The position numbers were made by a program, and so were the translations under genes. A stretch of DNA of 60,919 nt, the filler included, from Pirum gemmata (lineage: Eukaryota), in the NCBI GenBank assembly GCA_002812295.1. It is 16 parts of 16 records of this genome, joined end to end, with 100 filler letters (N's around TTAATTAATTAA, not from the genome) between each part and the next. Parts side by side here need not be neighbours in the genome. Positions count along the whole stretch, not along the records: positions 11,267 to 14,964 come from PDIN01002122.1; positions 15,065 to 18,730 come from PDIN01002123.1; positions 18,831 to 22,476 come from PDIN01002124.1; positions 22,577 to 26,270 come from PDIN01002125.1; 12 more parts are not named here. One strand, written 5' to 3'. Positions within the stretch are counted from its first letter, which is position 1, and each line of letters begins with the position of its first letter. The notes beneath the pieces are model-generated. The model searched no databases. It worked only from the letters and a program-made list of their open reading frames with translations, and was not told where the DNA came from. Below, piece after piece: positions 13,217 to 24,937 of the stretch.

Positions 13217-14137
13217 TTAATCAACAATTGTACATTGAGGCGCAACGCCAAATTGCATCAGAAAGCGTTTGTTTTTTTTAATATCTTTTAAACTTGGGAA
13301 CCCATCGTAAAAAAGACTAGTTTTCTGAAAACCAGCAATGTTCTCAACATTTTTCTTTTTATCTCCTTCCCAGTTTATTTGATTTGCGTTTTCAATTGTA
13401 AGATGTTCGTATTGCAAATTCATAACAATTGTCTTCCCCTTTTGTGAATTATTTAATGAAATTGCTACAGCATTTTCTATTTCTTTAGTCAGTCCGTCTT
13501 TATCTCCGCCCCAATGATGTGGCCATCTTTCACTATTTTTACCTGCGTATAGATCTTCGTTAACGCAATGCATATGATTGTTTTCATAGATTTCCCGTGC
13601 TATATTAAAAAATGCGTACTGATCAGTTGCACTGCGGTTCATGCAGCGGCCTACGACCTCATAAGAATCAAACAAAGCCATTCTCTTGTCATAATCCAGT
13701 TTATTTTTATTAATGCATGTGATACCACTATTAGTTCCATGCTGCTCTTTCTCTTTTCTATTATCAACAGTTAAGTCAACGACCTCTTGAAAACGACACC
13801 CAATGCTGAAAACCTTGTCCCCACATAAATCATCAAAGGTTTCCAGAGATGTATTTTTCACAACAATGTCATTATCTACGAATAAAGCTCTTGACGCTAT
13901 TTTCCCAATAGCCAAATGACTTAATCTTTTGCACATCTTTGTGTTAAAGCCACAATTACCTTTAATCACAACGTGAGTACAATTGTGTTTCTCGCAATAA
14001 TTAGCAAACAAAGCCCAAGTTGTTTCATATGACCAGTCTGAATTAGCATAGTTAAAAATAACATCACGATTGCGTATAAGGTTCCAAACCTCAGAGTCAG
14101 CTTTTTCCAACGTTGTAATTGAGTTATCAATATCGGT

Positions 14138-14214
<77 letters not shown>

Positions 14215-14252
14215 GCTGTTGTTGTTGTTGCTGTTGTTGTTGTTGCTGCTGC

Positions 14253-14301
<49 letters not shown>

Positions 14302-14312
14302 GCTGTTTGTTA

Positions 14313-14343
<31 letters not shown>

Positions 14344-14669
14344 GTTGTTTGTTGTTTGTTGTTGTCGTCGTTGTTCTTGTTAGTAGTTTTAATGCCCACG
14401 TTATCATTATCGTTAGTATTCGTGTTAGCGTTAGTGTCAGTGTTAATGTTTATGTCATCGTTAGTGTCACTAATTTTATTATATGCCAAGGGTTTAAAAG
14501 ACAAGACTTTATTCCAGTATTGGTCATTATTGTTATTGGATTCATTCCAGTTATTATTTATTATCACTTTTGATCTTATTGCTTCCCAGATTATTAGTGT
14601 AGCAAAAGCTGTCACAAACATTGTAATAACTTGATGTACAGTAACATGGTTTATACTTTTTTTAAACAT
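13217..14669 (-). CDS. Type II membrane GT-A glycosyltransferase (GT34/Mnn10-like)
   Basis: N-terminal TM (VITMFVTAFATLIIW), N/Q-rich stem, YCEKH, DxD in LFVDNDIVVKN, GTNSG, DQYAF. Frames are joined by a putative 97-nt intron 14399-14303 or by an assembly slip. Confidence 0.7.
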
Positions 14670-15429
14670 CACTTTGAATTTTTATTTTTATTTTATTATC
14701 TTTTTTATTTTGTTAACTAAGTTTTATTCCTAGAAGCTTTATTATTACTCTTCTTTTTTTTATTTTAATAATAAATAAAATAACAAAAACAAAAAATATC
14801 GTGATACATTATAAATTGTTTTTTTTTTATTTTTTTGTAAACATTATTATAAGTTTTATTCCCAGAAGTTTTATTATTACTCTTCTTTTTTTTATTTTTT
14901 AAAAAATAAATAAAATAACAAAAAAATATACATTATAAATCTTAAAAATTGTTTTTTTTTTTTTNNNNNNNNNNNNNNNNNNNNNNNNNNNNNNNNNNNN
15001 NNNNNNNNTTAATTAATTAANNNNNNNNNNNNNNNNNNNNNNNNNNNNNNNNNNNNNNNNNNNNTAATTTAATTTGATCTAATAACTATGAAATGGTTAC
15101 AAAGGTCTAATTTTCCGAATAATATAATAATTATTATTATTATAATTATTTATAATTAGCTACGTGATTAGCTACTACTAGCTACTAGCAGTAGCTACTA
15201 GCTAGCTAGTAGTAGCTAGCTAGCTAGTAGCTAACTAGCTAGCTAGAGTAGCTACCAGAGAAGAAACTCTGCTTGAGTGAAGCCCACTAGCTAAGGAGTC
15301 GGGGACTTGATTATGAGGGAAGATCATGCGTGAGCTTGAGGGTTAGGGTAGGGTCAGGGTTAGGGTTAGGGTTAGGGAGTGTTAGGGTTAGGGTTAGGGT
15401 TAGGGTTAGGGTTAGGGTTAGGGTTAGGG

Positions 15430-16690
15430 TTAGGGTTATAATATAATTAGGGTTAGGGTTAGGGTTAGGGTTAGGGTTAGGGTTAGGGTTAGGGTTAGAG
15501 TTTAGCTTAGAAACACCTAACAATAACAAATTAGTTTTCAATTATAATTAAATGTAATCTTACGTTTCTTAAAAGTAACTGTTTATAATATATAATATGA
15601 TTCTATAAAAGGATTATTAATAAAAACAGATAAACAGAATTATAATATTAATTATATATAATAAACAGTATATTATGTATATAGAAACAGATCTAGAGAT
15701 AAAATAAACAAACAATTAATATTAATAGCAATATTAATATTAATAACAATATTAATATTTTAATAACAAAAACATTAATAACAAGAACAAGAACCCTAAC
15801 CCTAACCCTAATTATAACCCTAACCCTAACAATAACAATAACAACATTAATATTAATAACAACATATTATTAATTAATATTAATTAATAACAATAACAAT
15901 AACAATAATAATAACAATAACAATAACAATAACAATTAATAGCAATAACAATATTAATAACAATAACAATATTAATAACAATAACAATTAATAACGCACA
16001 ATAACAATATAACAATAACAATAACAATAACAATAACAATAACAATAACAATAACAATAACAATAACAATAACAATATTAATAATAAATAAATAATTTTG
16101 CTGTTTCACTAAAACTTTCAGTTTTACAATAACAATAACGTTAACGTTAATTAACAATATTAATGCCATAACAATAACATTAACAATAATAATAACTAGC
16201 TATAGCTATAGCAATAACAACAACAATAACTATATTGATAACAATTAATAACGTTAACAATAATTATATAACAATAACAATAACGGTCAGGGTTAACGTT
16301 AGGGTTAGGGCTATAATATAGGGTTAGGGTTAGGGTTAGGGTTAGGGTTAGGGTTAGGGTTAGGGTTAGGGTTAGGATTAGGATTGGGGCTAAGGTTAGG
16401 GTTAGGGTTTAGAGTTTAGCTTAGAAACACCTATCGATAACAAAATGCATTATAAAGTTGATCATAATAAAAGTAAAGGAAATTAGCTTTTAATTATAAT
16501 TAAATAGAATCTTACGTTTCTTAAGTTTATATATTATATATAATATGATTCTATAAGAAGATCAAAAGCAGATAAACAGAATTATAATATTAATTGTATA
16601 TAATATTAATATTATAAATTAATAAATAGTACTAGCATATTATATAATCTATATAGAAATAAATCTAGATCTAGAGATAAAATTATAACA
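15430..16690 (+). repeat. Direct duplication of a TTAGGG tract plus ~200 bp unique flank (~15430-15720 vs ~16320-16690)
   Basis: AGAGTTTAGCTTAGAAACACCTA...TCTTACGTTTCTTAA...CAGATAAACAGAATTATAAT...ATCTAGAGATAAAAT present twice. Confidence 0.8.
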
Positions 16691-18690
16691 ATAATTATAA
16701 CAAACAATAACAATAACAATAACAATAACAATAACAATAACAATAACAATAACAATAACAGTAACAATAACAGTAACAATAACAATAACAATTAATAATC
16801 AATAACATTATTAATATTAATAACAAAAACAATAACAGTAACGCTAACGCTAACGCTAACCCTAACCCTAACCCTAACAATAACAATATTAATATTAATA
16901 TCAATAACAATATAGTAATTTTAATATAATAACAATTATTAATAATAACAATAACAATAACAATAACCCTGACAATAACCCTAACCATAACCCTAACAAT
17001 AACAATATTAATAGCAATAACAATATAGTAATATAATAACAATTAATAACGTTAACAATAACAATAACAATATAACAATAACAATAACTAACAATAACAA
17101 TAACAATAACAATTAATAACAATATTAACAATGACAATATTAATAACAATAATAATAACAATAACAATCAATAACAATAACAATAACAATAACTATAACA
17201 ATAACAATAACAATAACAATAACAATAACAACAATAACAATAACGTTAACATTAAAAAATATTAATGCAATATCAATAACATTAATTAACAATAATAATA
17301 ACTAGCTATAGCAATAACAACAATAAATATAACAATCAATAACAATAACAATAAAAATAACAATAACAATAATAACAAAGTTTTAACAATAATATAATAA
17401 TAATAATATAACAGCAATAATGATATTCTAATATATTAATAACAATAATAATAACAATAATAATAACAATAATTATAACAATGACAATAACACCAACAAC
17501 AATAATAATAATAATAGCAATAATAGTATTTCTAATATAACAATATATAACAATACCAATACCAATAATAATAATAATAACAATAACAATAACAATATTT
17601 TTTTAATAGTAATAAGAAATGGCAATGACAATAACAGCAACAACAACAATAATAATAACAATAGCAATAATATAGTATTTCTAATATAACAATATATAAC
17701 AATATCAATAACAATAACAATAACAATAAAAATAACAATAACAATAGTAATAAGAATAGCAATAAGAATAACAATTAATTAATAACAATAACAATAACAA
17801 TATTAATAACAATAACAATATAAATAACAATAACAATAACAATGACAATGACAATAACAATAATTAATAATATTTATATATAACAATAACAATATATACA
17901 ATATTAATAACAATATAATTAGTAACAATTAATAACAATATTTTTTTTAAAACAATAACAATATTAATATAATATAACAATAAAAAAACAATAACAATAA
18001 CAATAACAATAACAATAACAATAACAATAACAATAACAATAACAATAACAATATAGCAATAGCAATAGCAATAACAATAACAATAACAAAAACAAAAACA
18101 AAAACAATTAGAATAACAATAACGATAACAATAACAATAACAATAATATTTATATATATTATAACAATAACAATAATATTATGTAACAGTGTACAATAAC
18201 AATAACAATAACTAACCCTAACCCTAAACCTAACAATTAGAATCAATAACGATAACAATATTATTAATAAAATTAATAACAATAACAATAATATTTATAT
18301 ACAATAACAGTGTACAATAACAACAACAATAACAATATTTTTTTTAAAAAAACAATAACAATATTAATAGCAATATTAATAGCAATATTAATAGCAATAG
18401 CAAAATAATAACAATAGCAAAACAATAACAATAACAATATTAATAACAATAACAATAACAATAACAATAACAATAACAATAACAATAACAATAACAATAA
18501 CAATAACAATAACAATAACAATAACAATAACGTTTACAATAACAATAACAATAACAATAACAATGACTATAACTTTATTATAATATCAATAGCAATAACA
18601 ACAGTAATAACAATAACACTAACACTAACACTAACAATAGCGATAACAATAACAATAATTATAATAGTAACGATAACGATAACGATGTGG
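16690..18690 (+). repeat. Degenerate (AATAAC)n microsatellite field
   Basis: Hexamer array; ORFs here are homopolymeric artefacts. Confidence 0.9.
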
Positions 18691-19079
18691 TCGGCTAAAT
18701 AGTATTATCCGAATTACGTTGAGTATTAATNNNNNNNNNNNNNNNNNNNNNNNNNNNNNNNNNNNNNNNNNNNNTTAATTAATTAANNNNNNNNNNNNNN
18801 NNNNNNNNNNNNNNNNNNNNNNNNNNNNNNAAATATTAATTAATAACAAAATTATAAATAACAAACAACAAACAACAAACAAACAACAAACAAACCCAAC
18901 CCAAACCCAAACCCAAACCCAAACCCAAACCCAAAATCAAAAACCCAAAAAATAAAAAACCAAAAAATAAAAAATAAAAAAAAAGCAACCAAAAACCAAA
19001 GCCCAAAAACACAAAACCCAAACCCAAACCAAAAATGAAATGAAACAATAATAAATAAACCAAACTAATAACTACATTA

Positions 19080-19302
19080 GGGAGAAGCGGGAAAAACAAT
19101 CGAATCGAGACTAGTTCGAATCTTGCGAAATTTTTCGATCTAATTTTAAATATTGAACTTTTAAATTCGTTAAAATGAAGATTTTTAGAAATTTCATAGA
19201 AAAACTTGAAACTCGAAAAAAAAAAGAATACCATTTCAAAATTGTCACTATTTAATAATTAGGATCGAGCTGTTTGATTCGATTATGTTTTCCTGCATCG
19301 TC
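19080..19302. mobile_element. MITE family B copy (others 21510-21750, ~43802-43980)
   Basis: ~230 bp; imperfect TIR GGAGATGCGGAAAAACCATC.AATC / GATTCGATTATGGTTTTCGTATCTCC; three similar copies. Confidence 0.75.
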
Positions 19303-19335
19303 TAGAATAATAATTGGGGTTGGGGTTAGGGTTAC

Positions 19336-21885
19336 CTCCTTCTTCAAATAATCTTATTACTTTTCGTAAATTAGGGTAAGAACAATTTTGTTCTGCAAAA
19401 ACGTCTAATTTAAAATGTTCTTGTTTTAAAAGCTCTTGTAGCTCAGCCTCTGTTTTAGTACAAACGACAGAAGCCACGATAGCACCTGCAGATGCTCTTA
19501 AGGCATTAATATAAAAAGGGTTAGGGTTAGGGTTAGGGTTAAGGTTAGGTAGTAGATTAAAACAAAATAATAACAATAATAATAATAAACCCGATAATAA
19601 TAATAATAAACCCGATAATAATAATAAACCCGATAATAATAATAATAATAAACGCAATAATAATAATAAAACCGATAATAATAGTAGAAGTAATAACAAG
19701 TCGTAAAAACAAATAAGAAGACTCACTCACTCCCTCACTCACTCACTCATTGGCACCTGCAGATGTGCTAAGGTGTTTTTAATATAAAAAAAATTAAAAC
19801 GAAATAATAATAATAATGATAAACCCAATAATAGTAAAAATAACCTCGATAATAATAATAATAAAACCGATAATATAAATAATAAACAGGATAATAATAA
19901 TCATAAACCTGATAACATTAATAATAAACTCAATAATATTAATGATAAACCCAATAATAATAATAATAATAAGCCCGAGAATACTAATAATAAACCCAAT
20001 AATAATAATAATAAACCTGGTAATAATAATAATAAATCCAATAATAATAATAATAAACCTGATAATAAGAATAATAATAAACCTGATAATAAGAATAATA
20101 ATAAATCCGATAATAATAATAATAGACCCGATAATAGTAATAACAAACCAGATAATAATAATAATAATAACCCGGATAATAATATAATAAACTCAATAAT
20201 AATAATACTAAACCCGATAATACTAATACTAAACCCGATAATACTAATAATAAACTCGATAATAATAATAATAATAAACCCAATAATAACAATAACCCCA
20301 ATAATAACAATAATAACCCCGATAATAATAATAATAACCCCAATAACAATAATAATAAACCCCATAATAATAATAATAAACCCAATAATACTAATAATAA
20401 ACCCGATAATACTAATAATAAACCCGATAATAATAATAAAAAACTATAATAAACCCAATAATAATAATAATAACCCTGATAATAATAATAACCCTGATAA
20501 TAATAACCCCGATAATAATAATAATAAATCCGATAATAATAATAAACCCCATAATAATGATAAACCCGATAATACAAATAATAAACCCGATAATAATAAT
20601 AATAACCCCGATAATAATAATAATAACCCCGATAATAATAATAATAACCCCGATAATAATAATAATAAACCCGATAATAATAATAATAAACCCGATAATA
20701 CTAATAATTAACCCGATAATTAATAAACCCGATAATAAAATAATAAACCCTATAATATTAATAAATCTGATAATAATAATAATAAACCCGATAATAATAA
20801 TAATAAACCCAATAATAATAATAATAAACCCGATAATACTGATAATAAAGCCGATAATACTGATAATAAACCTGATAATAATAATAAACCCGATAATAAT
20901 AATAAGAAACTCGATTATACTAATAATAAACCCGATAATAATAATAATAATAATAAACCCGATAAATAATAAACCAAATACTAATAATAATAATAACCCG
21001 ATAATAATAATAATAAACACGATAATAATATTAATAATAAACCCGATAGTAATAATAATAAGCCCGATAATGATAATAATAAACCCAAACATGATAATGA
21101 TAAACCCAATAATACTAATAATAAACCCGATAATACTAATAATATTAATGAACCAGATAATAATAATAATAAACCCGATAATACTAATAATAAACCCGAT
21201 AATACTAATAATAATAATAAACCCAATAATACTAATAATAAACCTAATAATAATAATAATAAACCCAATAATAATAATAATAACAAGTCCGATAATAACA
21301 ATAAACCCAGTAATAATAATAATAATAAACCCGATAACGCTAATAATAAACGCGATAATAATAATAATAATAAACCCAATAATACTAATAATAAAGACCA
21401 ATAATAATAATAATAAACCCAATAATAATAATAATAAACCCAATAATAATAATAATAAACCCAATAATAATAATAATAATCCAGATAAAAATAATAATAA
21501 TAAACTCCAGGAGATGCGGAAAAACCATCAAATCGAGACTAGTTCGAAACCTTCAAAAAATTTCGATCTAATTTTAAGTATTGACTCACTTTTGATTTCA
21601 TTAAAAAATTCTTAAAAATTCTTAAAAATTCTTAAAATTTTAATAGAAAAAACTTGAAACTCGAAAAAAAACGAATATCATTTCAAACTTGTCACTATTT
21701 TATAATTAGGATCGAGCTGTTTGATTCGATTATGGTTTTCGTATCTCCCCGATAATAATAACAAAAGAATAATAGTAGTAATAACAATTCGAAATGATAA
21801 ATAAGAAGGCTCACTCACCCACTCATTACTTTTGGCAGCAAATTTTCGGAGAGTAAAACTTTCACTACACCAATATGGTAAGTCC
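19336..21885 (-). CDS. Patatin-like triacylglycerol lipase (TGL4/5-SDP1 type), internal exons 21885-21819 and 19496-19336
   Basis: Spliced product GTYHIGVVKVLLSENLLPKVMSG|ASAGAIVASVVCTKTEAELQELL...RKVIRLFEEG; canonical sites rebuild the GxSxG motif across the intron. Confidence 0.85.
19800..21500 (+). repeat. Intronic minisatellite (AAT)nAAACCCGAT
   Basis: Dozens of ~18-24 nt units; source of spurious I/N/P and I/G/F ORFs. Confidence 0.9.
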
Positions 21886-22576
21886 CTGGTTATAAAAAAA
21901 TTATATTTAAACTACTGTTGCTTTAAAGTAATAGTAATAGTAATAGTAATAGTAATAGTAATAGTAATAGTAATAGTAATAGTAATAGTAATAATAATAG
22001 TAATAGTAATAGTAATAGTAATAGTAATAGTAATAGNAGTAATAGAAATAGTAATAGTAATAGTAATAGTAATAGTAATAGTAATAGTAATAGTAATAGT
22101 AATAGTAATAGTAATAGTAATATATAGTAATAGTAATAGTAATAGTTGTAGTTGTAGTAGCAGTAGTAGTAGCAATAATCATAGTCATAGTTATAGTTAT
22201 ATACCGGTAGTCATAGTAATAGTGATAGTTTTTTTTATTTATTTGTGTTAGTGGCACTGGTGATGTTGGTGGTTGTTGGTGGTTGGTTGGTATTTAATTA
22301 TTAGTGGTTGGTGGTTAATTATTGGTGGTTGGTGATTAATTTTTAGTGGCTGGTGGTTGGTTGTTCTCTTGCCTGTCTTTGTTGGTTGTTGTTGGCTGTT
22401 GGTTGTTTTCTTGATTGTTGTTGGCTGCTGGTTGTTGGCTGCTGGTTGTTGGTTGTTGGTTGTTGGTTGTTGGTTGNNNNNNNNNNNNNNNNNNNNNNNN
22501 NNNNNNNNNNNNNNNNNNNNTTAATTAATTAANNNNNNNNNNNNNNNNNNNNNNNNNNNNNNNNNNNNNNNNNNNN

Positions 22577-22930
22577 CTCTTTGACTCTTTGACTCTTTGA
22601 CTCTTTGACTCTTTGACTCTTTGACTCTTTGACTCTTTGACTCTTTTCCTACTTTGACTCTTTTCCTACTTTGACTCTTTTCCTACTATTTGACTCTTTG
22701 ACTCTTTTCCTACTATTTGACTCTTTGACTCTTTTCCTACTTTGACTATTTGACTCTTTTCCTACTTTGACTATTTGACTCTTTTCCTACTTTGACTCTT
22801 TGACTCTTTTCCTACTTTGACTCTTTGACTATTTGACTCTTTGACTCTTTTACTTTTGACTATTTGACTATTTGACTCTTTGACTCTTTGACTTTTGACT
22901 ATTTGACTATTTGACTCTTTGAGTCAAAAA
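22577..22930 (+). repeat. Octamer-based satellite (CTCTTTGA / CTATTTGA / CTCTTTTCCTACTTTGA)
   Basis: Runs from the contig edge and ends at an inverted unit, TTTGACTCTTTGAGTCAAA. Confidence 0.9.
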
Positions 22931-23122
22931 TCTGTAAATGATTAGAAAAAACTTTGCTTTCGGACCCCGAATTAGAAATTAAAATATTTTTTTATATATT
23001 AAATAATAATAATTTTTTTTTAATCTATTATATTACTTATCTTTTACTAAATACTTAGCGAAATGTAACAATAACAATAACAATAAATGAAATAAGTTAA
23101 AATTGAATTATTTTATTTTATT

Positions 23123-23428
23123 TTATAAGCCTACATGAACAGAAATAGTATTATACATTGACGTATTTACAGTATAAACCAACTCAGGTGTTACACCATT
23201 AACAATTTTATCGATAATTTCAGGTAAATTATTTAACACAAATGGTACTCTAATATATTTTAAAGTGTCCGATTCATCATCTTGTCTTAAATAATGTAGC
23301 CTATAATTTTGTAAAACTTTTTGTTTTACAACTTCCAAAATTTCGTCACGTTTAACCATATTTTCCAGATCATGTTGCAGGATAATATACAAAGCTGAGT
23401 AAATTTTGTTATTTCTAGTTTGAATCAT
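23123..23428 (-). CDS. Intronless hypothetical protein (ORF A, ~101 aa from MIQTRNN)
   Basis: Complex protein-like sequence; A-rich leader and TATA-like CATATAAA similar to the leader of ORF B. Confidence 0.6.
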   Translation of the reverse strand: MIQTRNNKIYSALYIILQHDLENMVKRDEILEVVKQKVLQNYRLHYLRQDDESDTLKYIRVPFVLNNLPEIIDKIVNGVTPELVYTVNTSMYNTISVHVGL

Positions 23429-23595
23429 TTTTTTAATAATTTTTTTTTTAATTTTATGTATTTTAATTTTTAATTTTATGTATTTTATTTTTTTTTGTAT
23501 GTTTCTCAGAGACATTTATATGTTTTTAGGTTGTAATAATGTTTTTGTAATAATAATTTAATTACATGGTTTACTTAACCATTAATAAAATTTGT

Positions 23596-24300
23596 AGTAA
23601 TAGGAATAATATATAAAGAAAATGACATAATAATGACGTAAAACAAGAAAATGAGGTAATAAATACGTCAAAAAACCTATTTACGTAAACTAAACAAAAT
23701 AAAATTGCGTCCTAAAATAATTAAGCGAAAAAAAAAATAAAATTGCGTCCTGAAATAATTAAGCGAAAAAAAANTATTACGTCAATAGTGCCAATACACA
23801 ATATCCTTAAATAGTAATAACTGAAATATTACCATATTTATTTATATTATTACCATATTTATATTATTACCATATTTATATTATTACCATATTTACATTA
23901 TTACCATATTTACAATTACATTGCGTCCTGAAATAATTAAGCGAAAAAAAAATGGTTATAGATTTAGGTTATGGTAACCATATTATTATCCAATGATGCC
24001 AATACACTTAATAAGGTGTATTGGTTATTATAACCATATTATATTTCGAATGCCAATAAGATGTATTGGTTATTATAACCATATTATATTTCGAATAATA
24101 TTTTTCGCTTAATATTTCAGGACGCAATTATTTTTTTTTTGCTTAATTATTTCAGGACGCAATTTTATTTTGTTTAGTTAATCATTAATCATTTCGCTAA
24201 GTATTTATTTTCGCATATTTATTTTTGTTTCGCATAATTATTTTAGGACGTATTATGTATTTATTTTCGCTTGATTATACGTTGACAAAAACATATATAA
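23596..24300. promoter_or_regulatory. Bidirectional intergenic region with inverted motif array
   Basis: TTGCGTCCT(G/A)AAATAATTAAGCGAAA at 23705, 23743, 23921 and inverted at ~24101, 24141, 24231; 17-bp TTACCATATTTATATTA tandem at 23829-23915. Confidence 0.55.
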
Positions 24301-24376
24301 ACCCTTCAATATGTATAAAATAAAAAAAAATATTCAAAATACAAAAAAAAAATTATAAAAAAAAAATTATAGAAAA

Positions 24377-24937
24377 ATGTCGTGTAAAAGAGTAGCTAAT
24401 ACTGTTAATTTTAACAACAAAAAAGCTAAACGTGAGCTGGATACAGACTTTAAGAGATATGTTGATTTATATTTAGGAAAACAACCAATTGCCGTAAAGG
24501 AATTAGAATGGATGAATGCTTATGTAAAATTATTAACAGATTCTGACTCAGATTCAGATTCAGATTCAGATTCAGATTCAGAATCAGAATCAGATTCAGA
24601 TTCAGATTCAGATTCAGATTCAGATTCAGATTCAGATTCAGAATTAGATTACGAACCAGAAAAACAAGATTCGTTTGTAAAATGGATGAATGCATATTTA
24701 CGATATAATCGACCAATTGACTTAAAGAAATTTGGATTGATGAATATATATTATGGAAGTCTACCAATTGACGTAAAGGATTTAGAATGGATTAATGCAT
24801 ACGAAAAAGAAGTAAAACTAATTTCCAATAAAGATTTGTTTTTAAAATGTATGAATGCATATTTAGGAAATAGACCAATTAACGTATCGGATTTAGCATG
24901 GCTGATGGATGTATATGAAAAGAGAGTGTTATGCTAA
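24377..24937 (+). CDS. Intronless hypothetical repeat protein (ORF B, 186 aa)
   Basis: AAAAATG start; KR...KKAKR NLS-like segment; (DS)n tract; four ~17-aa repeats MNAYLGxxPIxVKDLEW. Confidence 0.7.
   Translation: MSCKRVANTVNFNNKKAKRELDTDFKRYVDLYLGKQPIAVKELEWMNAYVKLLTDSDSDSDSDSDSDSESESDSDSDSDSDSDSDSDSELDYEPEKQDSFVKWMNAYLRYNRPIDLKKFGLMNIYYGSLPIDVKDLEWINAYEKEVKLISNKDLFLKCMNAYLGNRPINVSDLAWLMDVYEKRVLC

Noticed and set aside
19901..21615. Long ORFs (350 aa minus, 352 aa plus) that look like membrane or repeat proteins
   Set aside because: Translations of an intronic minisatellite inside the lipase gene
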